Assembly: GCA_964014545.1 (NCBI GenBank)
Contig: CAXGZX010000001.1
Location: 9,279 to 73,278 of the forward strand
Length of the DNA: 64,000 nucleotides
Source: an uncultured Candidatus Poseidoniales archaeon
GTDB lineage: Archaea; Thermoplasmatota; Poseidoniia; Poseidoniales; Poseidoniaceae
Direction: 5' to 3'
Position numbers and translations under genes: made by a program. Shown here piece after piece: positions 8,277-17,009 of this stretch; position 1 is the stretch's first letter, and each line of letters begins with the position of its first letter. The notes under the pieces are model-generated. The model was not told the origin of the DNA. It saw only the letters and a program-made list of their open reading frames with translations, and ran no database searches.

Positions 8277-9863
8277 CTAGCGCAGAGTAACGTGTTTGAA
8301 ATCATCATCCCCAGTTTGTGGCTCTTGCCATTCTGGGTCTCCTGGAAGTACCAAACTATTACCTAAACCGATCAACATACCGCCGATTTCTCTTTGCCGC
8401 TTTTGCAAACCGTCCCAATCCAACTCGTTTTGGCGCCAATTTTTCCATCGCTTCAGGGACCGCCAACTTCTTACTAATCTTGAATAGAGATTCATGTGCA
8501 TTTTCCCAGAAATAGGCCACCATACGAGTAATATGAGGAACATTAGTACTGGATTAATTTGGGTAAAGTAAGCCAATAACCAGTGTTTGTTGAGAAGTAT
8601 AAACAAAGGGCTTGAAGTTGCCAAAAATAGCACAGTGATTGATAATGATGCAAAAATCCACCAGATTGGAAACATTATAACTGCTGTAGCAATCTTCATG
8701 GTGCCATAAATTGATTGTGATATCCCTTTCCTTTTGAAATGCCACATAGTTAGGTAATTGGCTTGGTATGGTGGCACATTACCCAATACTGCGCTCCATG
8801 TCACCAATCCTAGCATCCAAGCCGCTGACCATATCCAAGCGGTTAGTGCAATTAGATAACCAAGCATAGTTGGTTTCTGGGGCTTGGCAGCAACATCAAA
8901 TGGAGTAATACCCATTTCTTCAAGTTCGGTAAAATGGAGTTTGGATTTTTCAACAAGTGGCGCTATTTCCTCTGGCTTATGATTGGACATATACTCCCAA
9001 CCTGCGCGTAATCTTCTAGCCCCAATGACTGACTCAGCAAAACTAGGACGAGTGATTTTATTGCCACTTTGAATCGCTCTTTCTGCATATACAACGCTTC
9101 TTCCTTGCCAAATCAATCGACGTTCTTCCCAGGAAGTTTTTGACAAGCTAGCCCTCTTAAGTTCTTCTTCTATAGATTCTGTAACTACCTTAGTCCAGGC
9201 GATGTCCAGTTGTTTTTGCTGTTCAAAATCTTCTACTGTATCTGGAATTTTAGGCAATTCCATTGGTCGTTCTAGGATTACTGCGCCTCTTTCTCTAAAC
9301 TTTTGTGAATTTGAATAATGTAATCCGACAGGCACTATTCTTGGCGGAGATTTATTTTGTAATTTAGCTTCTCTAAGGGCTATTAAAATAATCCTAGCAG
9401 CGCCAGTTTTGGCTTTACTGACCTTTGAATCAGTGTGAGTTTTACCTTCTGGGAACAATAGTAATCTTCCCCCATTGGAAATTTCTCGACCAACATCTTG
9501 AAGCATTTGCGAGTTTTTCATTCGTGATTTTTCGACATCATCACTATCAGATGCTCGATAGATTGGCAGGGCACCACCTGCTCTAATCATTCTTCCAAGT
9601 ATTGGAATTTTGAACAGTGTATGTTTAGCAAGAATAGAGAGCCTTCCTGGTAAAGAGGCATGTAATAAAATGGGGTCTATTAACCCACTAGGGTGCCAAG
9701 CAATGAACATAACACCGCCATTGTGCGGCATATTTTCATTATCAACCACATCTAATTCCCTAAACCAAACCGACATTAAAGAACGGGAAAACCTTCGTAA
9801 AATACGGTAAGTAAACCCTAACTTTGGTTGGCCATCGCCTTTAGGGTCACCCAACCACGACAT
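8277..9863 (-). CDS. LPLAT-superfamily (PlsC/GPAT-like) acyltransferase with a C-terminal polytopic membrane domain.
   Basis: Motif I-like WHPSGLID, motif II-like GRMIRAGG, motif III FPEG, motif IV RIVPVG. Three or four C-terminal TM helices. Confidence 0.65.
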   Translation of the reverse strand: MSWLGDPKGDGQPKLGFTYRILRRFSRSLMSVWFRELDVVDNENMPHNGGVMFIAWHPSGLIDPILLHASLPGRLSILAKHTLFKIPILGRMIRAGGALPIYRASDSDDVEKSRMKNSQMLQDVGREISNGGRLLLFPEGKTHTDSKVSKAKTGAARIILIALREAKLQNKSPPRIVPVGLHYSNSQKFRERGAVILERPMELPKIPDTVEDFEQQKQLDIAWTKVVTESIEEELKRASLSKTSWEERRLIWQGRSVVYAERAIQSGNKITRPSFAESVIGARRLRAGWEYMSNHKPEEIAPLVEKSKLHFTELEEMGITPFDVAAKPQKPTMLGYLIALTAWIWSAAWMLGLVTWSAVLGNVPPYQANYLTMWHFKRKGISQSIYGTMKIATAVIMFPIWWIFASLSITVLFLATSSPLFILLNKHWLLAYFTQINPVLMFLILLVWWPISGKMHMNLYSRLVRSWRSLKRWKNWRQNELDWDGLQKRQREIGGMLIGLGNSLVLPGDPEWQEPQTGDDDFKHVTLR

Positions 9864-9936
9864 ACATCATGGTCAATGCGTACTACTCTTTACTCCACCG
9901 CCGATGAGGCGGTAAAATTCTGAGTTTTGGCTGAAA

Positions 9937-11892
9937 TTAATCTTTTTCATATATTGAATTTGATTCTAGCTTTCTTTGGTTAACAAATAATGCGATAACA
10001 GATGCTACTGATACTGCCAAGAATGTGAAACCCGGTGCCTCCTCAGGCTCTTGAATAAATGCAGATGCTGTGTCCATCAACATGATATCAATGGTAACAA
10101 GCGGGGAAGACGAATGCCCGCCACTTGAGTTGGACTTAAGACCTCTAATTGATATTGTGTGGTTGCCATCCAAATCAATTCCCGGTAGGTGTTCAAGTTG
10201 GTGAATTATGTCGATTGCCGCTACGTTACCATCTGTATCAGTTTTTTCGTAGGAATGCAAGTTTGTCCAATCATCAACAATGTGATTGCTACGCCACTGG
10301 ATTGCATCAATTCCACCAGTGGTGGTAAACTTGATTGAATCTTTAGGAGTTAAATGGGTATGCGTATTGTCGTGAGTGGGATCATTTTCTATTGAAATTT
10401 GCATTGATGAATCGAAAATATAGTATTTTTCTGCGGCTGCCAAAACCGCTTCTAAAGCACGTACTTCTCCATGCCCATAGACATTGTTTTGTCGGTTTTT
10501 AGTGATGATGTTTTGAGCGTCATTGTCATCACAGCCATCAATGCCCGCAGCATCTCCCATGTATGTACATGCACGATACTCTGCTGTTTCTTGCATGAAA
10601 TTCCTAACTTCAAACGGACTTATGTCTGGGTTTGCTTGTAGCATTAGAGCAGCAACACCTGCTGCGCCGGGAGTAGCCATTGAAGTGCCTGAAAAGGCAG
10701 TATAGCCATCTCCGGTATTATGAGCAACTGACATAACATCAGAACCGACATAAGCAATATTTGGTTTGACTCTGTTCTCTTCTGTTGGACCTTGACTTGA
10801 GTAGGCGGCAATTGATGAGTCTTTATCCAGTGCACCTATGGTAATTGCATCTTCGGCACTACCAGGAGTACCAATGGTACCCCTACCAGCTGAGTTACCT
10901 GCAGCAATAAATAACGTAATATCGTTGTATACCATATCATTAGCCATTCTGTTTACACTGTCTTCTTCTGATGAGGTCCATTCAATTATGCCAAATGCTC
11001 CAAGTGACATAGAAGCCACCCTGATATTATACTGGTACCTATTATCTATGGTCCATTGCATTCCTGCCATAACTACTGCAAATGATCCAGAACCTCCCGA
11101 ATCCAACACCTTTACTCCAACGAGTTTTGCTTGGGGAGCCATTCCAGGATTCTCATAAGTTGGAGCTCCTGTTCCTGCAGTAGTTCCTGCACAATGAGAG
11201 CCATGACCTTGGTCATCATAAGGGAAAACTTCTGTTCCGTTAGTTAGACTTGGATTATTTACTGGATCGTAAAAAGCCACTACTTTGGGGTCATTGGTTT
11301 CTGGGTCATCATCTTGATCGTCAAGACTAGAATGTAAGCCATCGATACCTGTATCGATAATAGCAACTGTGGAACCTGACCCGTCATATCCGGTCTCAGC
11401 CCATGCTGTATCTACACCATGAAGGGCAACAGCATCTCCGTTTTGTATAGTCATTATACCATCAAGTTCGAGCATCACAACTCCAGGAAGTTTGGTTGCT
11501 TCATCTAATAGAGCAACCGGAACTCTTCCTGCGACAGCATCGATTGCTGGAAGGTAAAACTGATGTTCATAGTCGACTTGTTGTTCAAGCATGGTTACAT
11601 CTTTTTCGTCTGGAGTATGATCAAAATCAACGATAATTGGCAGTGTACCTTCGCTCAAAAGAATTGGATTATCTATGTGGCGTTCAATCATATCGCCAAT
11701 GCCGTTTTTATTTCTGTCAACAGTAGTCTCAACCCACCAACCTTCTTCGGTAGTCTCTGATACTTCAGCATCTACGGGTATAACTGCCCCTAACGATGGA
11801 ACCAACATTAAGAAAATCATTGCGATTGAAATTGTATTACCTAGTTTTGTCAAAACAGCACCAACTAATCCCAAAAGTTGCTGATTAATCAA
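9937..11892 (-). CDS. Secreted subtilisin-like serine protease (S8 family) with a C-terminal TM anchor.
   Basis: Catalytic D (IIDTGID), H (HGSHCAGT) and S (GTSMATPGAAG). N-terminal signal sequence and C-terminal anchor FTFLAVSVASVIALFV. Confidence 0.85.
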   Translation of the reverse strand: MINQQLLGLVGAVLTKLGNTISIAMIFLMLVPSLGAVIPVDAEVSETTEEGWWVETTVDRNKNGIGDMIERHIDNPILLSEGTLPIIVDFDHTPDEKDVTMLEQQVDYEHQFYLPAIDAVAGRVPVALLDEATKLPGVVMLELDGIMTIQNGDAVALHGVDTAWAETGYDGSGSTVAIIDTGIDGLHSSLDDQDDDPETNDPKVVAFYDPVNNPSLTNGTEVFPYDDQGHGSHCAGTTAGTGAPTYENPGMAPQAKLVGVKVLDSGGSGSFAVVMAGMQWTIDNRYQYNIRVASMSLGAFGIIEWTSSEEDSVNRMANDMVYNDITLFIAAGNSAGRGTIGTPGSAEDAITIGALDKDSSIAAYSSQGPTEENRVKPNIAYVGSDVMSVAHNTGDGYTAFSGTSMATPGAAGVAALMLQANPDISPFEVRNFMQETAEYRACTYMGDAAGIDGCDDNDAQNIITKNRQNNVYGHGEVRALEAVLAAAEKYYIFDSSMQISIENDPTHDNTHTHLTPKDSIKFTTTGGIDAIQWRSNHIVDDWTNLHSYEKTDTDGNVAAIDIIHQLEHLPGIDLDGNHTISIRGLKSNSSGGHSSSPLVTIDIMLMDTASAFIQEPEEAPGFTFLAVSVASVIALFVNQRKLESNSIYEKD

Positions 11893-11924
11893 TAATTGGT
11901 TTACAAGTTACTAATGATAAACCA

Positions 11925-13259
11925 TCAATCTCGCCAAGTGGCATATTCTATAGAAATGGCTTGGATTACGTTGACAGGTGCGCTTGGATATGCGCCCCAA
12001 TAGGATTCTCTAAGGTCTTGATTGGCCGACATACATGCCTCAACATCGGCTGGTCTGTCGGGCAATTGCTCCGATTGATTTAGATGGGAAATTATCGGTT
12101 GGATATTGGAAAGATTGACTAAGCCCCATCCTGTTTGAGTACACGGTAGTACCGGTGAGATTGGCATAGTGCCAGATGTTGGATCCCAGCCCAGGTTTGG
12201 ATACCATGCTGAGAGGTTGATTGCTTCTCTAACTTGAGCGTTGGTGACTGTGAAATTCATTCCATTCACTAAATTGCCACCACGCTCTTGTGATGCACCT
12301 GAACCATTATCGGAAAATTCGCCGCGCAAATCTTGTAGAATAAAAGAGATAATCCCAGCAGTTCTTGGGGTTGCAAAAGACGTCCCAGAGGTTTCATGAT
12401 AGCCGTCAATATCGTCATGGTTTGGCAGTACTTGTGTCCAATCAGCAGAGATATCAGGGTATGAACCAGACATTATTTCCTTTTGATCGTCGCCTTCTTC
12501 AGCATATCCGGCGATTCCAATAGACCATGGCGGTCCAGCTGTAGCGTCTTGTATAGCAGGGGATGGTGAGTTATCAGCAGCACCAGTGTGCAACTTGTTA
12601 TGGTCGACCACCGCAACTTTAGTTGCGTCTTCAATACCTGGAACTGGAATAGACCCTATTGCGCCAAATGAGGTTGTTATGACATCGACTAATGGCTGAT
12701 TTGCTGCTGCGAGTACGGCCTCGGAACTAAATCCTTCGACAAAGAAAATGATCGCTTCTGGATTGGCATCTAGTACTGCACCAGTAACTGCCGAACCATG
12801 TCCGTCAGAGGGGTCGTCTAGAATCAATATGTCACTATTACCGTCGGGTGATGTTCCGATGATTTTTGTTCCAGGGAAGTATACAATATCTGTTGCATTA
12901 AGAGTATCCCAACAATCTGCTTTGTCTGCATCATAGCGTTCTTGCCATGTACCATCAAGAGTGATATTACATACTTTGTTGACTCCCAAATCATCAAGTA
13001 ACCATTGTGGATAAGTCTCATTGGTTCTAAAATGGTCGTGATAAACGTTGATTCCAGTATCGATAGGTGCAATTACTGAAAAAGGTCGCCAATCGTTGGA
13101 AGCGACAGACTGCGCAACTGTTGAATCATCTTTAACGGATGGTGAATAAGCAAAAGCAATGAAAATAGCACTGATAATTAGTGTTGCAATAAGCAAAGAA
13201 GTCATGAATTTTGTTGACGATGGCTCGTCGAACAACTCAGCTTCCAAGACCTCCGCCAT
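11925..13259 (-). CDS. Second subtilisin-like serine protease (S8) with an N-terminal signal anchor.
   Basis: DTGINVYHD, HGSAVTGA and GTSFATPRTAG. The ORF is open to 13382, but the internal Met at 13259 (or 13205) precedes the signal anchor MTSLLIATLIISAIFIAFA. Confidence 0.8.
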   Translation of the reverse strand: MAEVLEAELFDEPSSTKFMTSLLIATLIISAIFIAFAYSPSVKDDSTVAQSVASNDWRPFSVIAPIDTGINVYHDHFRTNETYPQWLLDDLGVNKVCNITLDGTWQERYDADKADCWDTLNATDIVYFPGTKIIGTSPDGNSDILILDDPSDGHGSAVTGAVLDANPEAIIFFVEGFSSEAVLAAANQPLVDVITTSFGAIGSIPVPGIEDATKVAVVDHNKLHTGAADNSPSPAIQDATAGPPWSIGIAGYAEEGDDQKEIMSGSYPDISADWTQVLPNHDDIDGYHETSGTSFATPRTAGIISFILQDLRGEFSDNGSGASQERGGNLVNGMNFTVTNAQVREAINLSAWYPNLGWDPTSGTMPISPVLPCTQTGWGLVNLSNIQPIISHLNQSEQLPDRPADVEACMSANQDLRESYWGAYPSAPVNVIQAISIEYATWRD

Positions 13260-13325
13260 GGTTAATTGTAAACGGCTTGTTAAATCAATATAACTAACTA
13301 ATGAGCCCGATAAAATTCGGGTATA

Positions 13326-14486
13326 TTGAAGCAACGACACATACTGGCCAAGAACATGGAAGATGGTTTTCGAGCAGATCATCTACCTTTTCCAATGCCT
13401 AAGCGCAGGCACACTTTAGACCAAGAGTGGCGGTTTTTGACATTCATGCATTGGCGTGTTGATATTGAAAAATTAAGACCCCATGTCCCTGAAGGTCTAG
13501 AAATTGATACTTTTGAAGGCTATGCGTATATTGGCCTTGTTCCGTTCATGATGAAACATGTTCGACCAAGTTGGTTTGTAAGCACTCCAGGAATCTCTAA
13601 CTTTCCTGAATTTAATATTCGAACCTATGTTAAGAAAGACGGCATAGCAGGAGTATTTTTCCTTACCTTAGAAGCCAAAAGTTTGGTCACTTGTAATTTT
13701 GCCCCTAGAACTTATGGCTTACCGTACCGTTACGCAAAAGGTAGTGTCAAAAAATCCGGTAACATTTGGGGATGGAGGAGTTCGAGGAATAAGGGCCAGT
13801 TTAAACTCGCTGGAACAACAGAAGTTATTGGTGAGCAAATGCAAGCACAACCGGGTAGTTTAGAGGAATTCTTGTTTGAGAGATACAGCCTATATACCAG
13901 CCATAGAGGGAGTCTAAGAAGAGGTTATACACATCATAACAAATGGAAATTTCAGCAGGCCAAGGTTGAGTTGACTGAAAATTCATTGACTGAAAGTTTC
14001 AATTTGGGAATTGAACAACCACTAACACCAGAACTTGTTCATTATTCCGATGGAGTGAGAGTAAGAACCTTTTCTATAGAATTAGCAGAGCGTATTGGCA
14101 CCGATATCAATCGAGACTTTTTGCTGTTGGATGGAGACTGTGGACTCTGCCATAGACTTGCCACATTCCTTGATAAACGCATGAAGTCATCAGCCAATTT
14201 AGGGTACCGACCAAATAGCTCCGAAGGTGCACAGCGGTTAATCCAAGCAATGCCCAAGAAATACAGTGAATCTGATACAGTCTACCTAGTCAGGAATGGT
14301 CAACCATATATGCGCTCAAGTGCTGCCATTCGCTGTTTATTGTACATGAAGTGGTATTACCGAATGTGGTATCCGCTTTGTTGGTTAATCCCTTTGCCGC
14401 TTCGTGATATTGCTTACCGTATAGTTGCTAAGTATCGCCACAAGGTGTTCAAAAAACCCAAAGTTTGTACCTTCAGAGTAGATTAA
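13326..14486 (+). CDS. Fusion protein: DUF2071 (YqjF-like) N-terminal domain plus a DCC-family thiol-disulfide oxidoreductase (DUF393) C-terminal domain.
   Basis: WRFLTFMHWRVDIEKLRPHVP...GYAYIGLVPF is typical of DUF2071. LLLDGDCGLCHRLATFLDKR matches the DCC motif. The true start is probably Met at 13356 or 13395. Confidence 0.55.
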   Translation: MKQRHILAKNMEDGFRADHLPFPMPKRRHTLDQEWRFLTFMHWRVDIEKLRPHVPEGLEIDTFEGYAYIGLVPFMMKHVRPSWFVSTPGISNFPEFNIRTYVKKDGIAGVFFLTLEAKSLVTCNFAPRTYGLPYRYAKGSVKKSGNIWGWRSSRNKGQFKLAGTTEVIGEQMQAQPGSLEEFLFERYSLYTSHRGSLRRGYTHHNKWKFQQAKVELTENSLTESFNLGIEQPLTPELVHYSDGVRVRTFSIELAERIGTDINRDFLLLDGDCGLCHRLATFLDKRMKSSANLGYRPNSSEGAQRLIQAMPKKYSESDTVYLVRNGQPYMRSSAAIRCLLYMKWYYRMWYPLCWLIPLPLRDIAYRIVAKYRHKVFKKPKVCTFRVD

Positions 14487-14488
14487 TG

Positions 14489-15697
14489 TTAGAAAGAAAC
14501 TTCGAAAACCATCAGCAAGACACCAACAATTAGTGCAGGTATTGTAGTATGAATTGTCGCCCAAAGGCTTGCCGCTCGATGTCTTACTAGTAGTGGGAAC
14601 AGCGCATCCCCATCTTGACTAATTGCGTTGGCAGTGAGTGCAGGAAATGATAGGAGATCCTTGGTATATGCAGTAATTGCAATAATTTGTGGACCACATC
14701 CGGGAATTAGTCCAATGAATGCTGCAAGAACCACGGCAATTAACCCATCACCATATCGTGCTAAATCGGCTTCAGTCATGCCCGAAAACAGCATTGAAAA
14801 CTCGAACACAAGGTATGCTGCCATAACCCAAAAAGTGACAAAGGCAGTCTCACTTGCTGAGTGAATCATTGTTTCACGCATCGAATAGAGCTTGTCACCA
14901 ATCGATGCCTCCGTATCATCTCTAATCCAATTCTTTTGCGTGATGTAGAGGATAACAGATAGTGAAGTTCCAAGCAAACCAATCCACGTAATGAAACCGT
15001 GGAGAGTCAACGGGTTGTAATCAATTTCCAGATTAAAGTCTGCATCTTGAGCACTCCATACTAGTAGTAAAACAGCAAATATCAAACCAATTGCCGTGAC
15101 CATCCACCAAACAGTATAGCCTTGATGGAGAAGGAAATATCTCCAGCCACCTGCTTCTTCTCTACCAAGGTCATCGATGATTTCATGAGACTCTAACTCG
15201 TCAGATTCAACAGGACTTTCTGGCGGATTATCGTCTTTAAAAGTTGGACCAAATTTACCCAATGGATTGCGCGGTGTGATTTTCAAACCGTCTACAAGGT
15301 AACCCCAAAAGACACCGACAATAAACGAAATTAGGTGAACTGCAATGACTGGAGCAATGAATGAGGAATCAGTTACTGCAGCGCCGATTAAGACGAATGC
15401 AGCATCTCCTAATGTCGCGATAAGGGTTGCAATTACCGTCCCGTAAGTAACATATCCACGAGCATACATTGGCATCATGACAATGGCCCCACCGCAGCCT
15501 GGAGTAATCCCCATAAGCGCCCCAATAACAGGTTGCCAACGCTTATTCGCTCGAATTGCATCAACAAACTTTCCAGCAGTAATATACTGCAACCAACTGA
15601 ATAGAAGAACCATTGCGGCAACAAAAACAGTTACTGCAAGAAACGCGTCGCGCATACTGACGACAATCACTTCGAGGACTTCCGAGGATGTTACCAT
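14489..15697 (-). CDS. Polytopic membrane protein with an internal two-fold repeat. It is a putative divalent-metal transporter.
   Basis: Duplicated motif GITPGCGGAIVMMP / GLIPGCGPQIIAIT in two halves of 5-6 TM helices each. A 1-nt overlap couples it to the upstream DtxR-family regulator. Confidence 0.45.
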   Translation of the reverse strand: MVTSSEVLEVIVVSMRDAFLAVTVFVAAMVLLFSWLQYITAGKFVDAIRANKRWQPVIGALMGITPGCGGAIVMMPMYARGYVTYGTVIATLIATLGDAAFVLIGAAVTDSSFIAPVIAVHLISFIVGVFWGYLVDGLKITPRNPLGKFGPTFKDDNPPESPVESDELESHEIIDDLGREEAGGWRYFLLHQGYTVWWMVTAIGLIFAVLLLVWSAQDADFNLEIDYNPLTLHGFITWIGLLGTSLSVILYITQKNWIRDDTEASIGDKLYSMRETMIHSASETAFVTFWVMAAYLVFEFSMLFSGMTEADLARYGDGLIAVVLAAFIGLIPGCGPQIIAITAYTKDLLSFPALTANAISQDGDALFPLLVRHRAASLWATIHTTIPALIVGVLLMVFEVSF

Positions 15698-16353
15698 CAG
15701 TTTTCCACCTCAAAAGAAATTTTTACTAAACTGGCGATTGATGAAGAAATACGCTTTTTTATTGCACCAATTTTGACATTGAGACCGCCATCAAACTTAT
15801 CTCTAGAGATTATCTTTAATTCAGTACCAGGGTGAATACCATTATTTTCTAGCCATGATAAAATACTCGGATCATCATCAGGAACTTGCATAACTGTCAA
15901 AGACATATTAATTGGAGAATCGCATAATGGAAGGTCTCTTTCATTGTATAATTCTCCGTTAGGTCCTGGAATTGGATGACCGTGAGGGTCACGAGTAGGA
16001 TTGCCCAGATACTCGGCTATTGCCATTTCTAAATTCTTTGATAGAGCATGTTCAAGCTTTTCCGCCTCATCATGTATTTCTTCACGGCCTAAACCTAGTG
16101 TTTGGGAAAGAAAAGTCTCCAATAACCGATGTTTACGCACGATTGAAAGTGCTTCTAACTCGCCTTTTTTTGTTAAAGATGCACCCTTGTAAGGAATATG
16201 ATCTACTAATTCCTTTTCTGCTAGCCTTAGAATCATTTTTGTTGCAGAAGCTTTGCTGACTTGAAGATTATCGGCAAGTTGCTTTGTTCCAACGTTATTG
16301 GGACCGAGTTTCCAAAGAGATTTTAGGTAGTCCTCTACGGCTACTGAGTACAT
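15697..16353 (-). CDS. DtxR/IdeR-family metal-dependent transcriptional regulator with a C-terminal FeoA/SH3-like domain.
   Basis: N-terminal wHTH VEDYLKSLWKL...LQVSKASATKMILRLAEKELV. Dimerisation and metal-site region HRLLETFL..., and a C-terminal SH3-like tail. Confidence 0.8.
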   Translation of the reverse strand: MYSVAVEDYLKSLWKLGPNNVGTKQLADNLQVSKASATKMILRLAEKELVDHIPYKGASLTKKGELEALSIVRKHRLLETFLSQTLGLGREEIHDEAEKLEHALSKNLEMAIAEYLGNPTRDPHGHPIPGPNGELYNERDLPLCDSPINMSLTVMQVPDDDPSILSWLENNGIHPGTELKIISRDKFDGGLNVKIGAIKKRISSSIASLVKISFEVEN

Positions 16354-16362
16354 GTGCAGCGG

Positions 16363-16376
16363 TTAGCCATGGCTAA
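16363..16376. promoter_or_regulatory. Perfect 14-bp palindrome TTAGCCATGGCTAA, with two further GCTAAC half-sites downstream. It is a candidate DtxR-family operator between the divergent regulator and orn genes.
   Basis: Seen directly. It lies 10-23 nt upstream of the regulator start codon. Extra half-sites are at about 16393 and 16405. Confidence 0.4.
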
Positions 16377-16433
16377 TATAAGGGTTTGTCAAGGCTAACT
16401 TTTTGCTAACATTCCATTACAGAATCATGTTAA

Positions 16434-17009
16434 ATGTGTTCTCTATTACGGACGGACATGGACGCCAAAGACCAGCGAATGGTATGGATCGATTTGGAAA
16501 TGACTGGACTGGACGAGAAAAAGGAATCGATTATTGAAATCGCCACGGTAATTACCGATGGAGAACTGAATATCTTAGCCCAAGGCCCAAATCTTGCTGT
16601 TACCGTTTCAGAGGAGTTAATTGCCGGAATGGATGAATGGAATACAACTCATCATCACCGCAGTGGACTAGTAGATCGAATACGAAATAATGGTGTCAGT
16701 ATCGCTGAGGCAGAACAACAAACTCTTGAATTCTTAAAGCAATGGGTTAGTCCAAAAACAGCCCCGCTATGTGGCAATAGCATATGGAATGATCGGAAAT
16801 TTCTCGATAAGGAAATGCCACTTGTTGCTGATTACTTACACTACCGAATGATCGATGTTTCAACTGTCAAAGAACTTGCTAGAAGATGGTATCCGAAGGT
16901 AGAAAAATACCAAAAGAAACTCTCTCATTTAGCTTTAGATGATATACTAGAATCAATAGAAGAGTTAGCATATTTTAGAACAGAAATTTTCAATGCTCAA
17001 GAAGATTGA
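16434..17009 (+). CDS. orn: Oligoribonuclease (3'-5' DEDDh exoribonuclease).
   Basis: Near-colinear with bacterial Orn: MVWIDLEMTGLD...IIEIATVITD...CGNSIWNDRKFL...HYRMIDVSTVKELARRW...ALDDILESIEELAYFR. The likely start is Met at 16458. Confidence 0.85.
   Translation: MCSLLRTDMDAKDQRMVWIDLEMTGLDEKKESIIEIATVITDGELNILAQGPNLAVTVSEELIAGMDEWNTTHHHRSGLVDRIRNNGVSIAEAEQQTLEFLKQWVSPKTAPLCGNSIWNDRKFLDKEMPLVADYLHYRMIDVSTVKELARRWYPKVEKYQKKLSHLALDDILESIEELAYFRTEIFNAQED

Noticed and set aside
4803-8308. Possibility that the Mo enzyme is an aerobic CO dehydrogenase (coxMSL).
   Set aside because: The gene order is S-L-M rather than M-S-L. The large subunit appears to lack the AYRCSFR Cu-binding loop and reads AMRGHGA at the equivalent position. 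It is called a generic xanthine-oxidase-family hydroxylase instead.
9896-9913. Hairpin ACCGCC-cgatga-GGCGGT between the subtilase and the acyltransferase, as a transcription terminator.
   Set aside because: It has a 6-bp stem, but no oligo-T tract follows on the coding (minus) strand. It is too weak to call.
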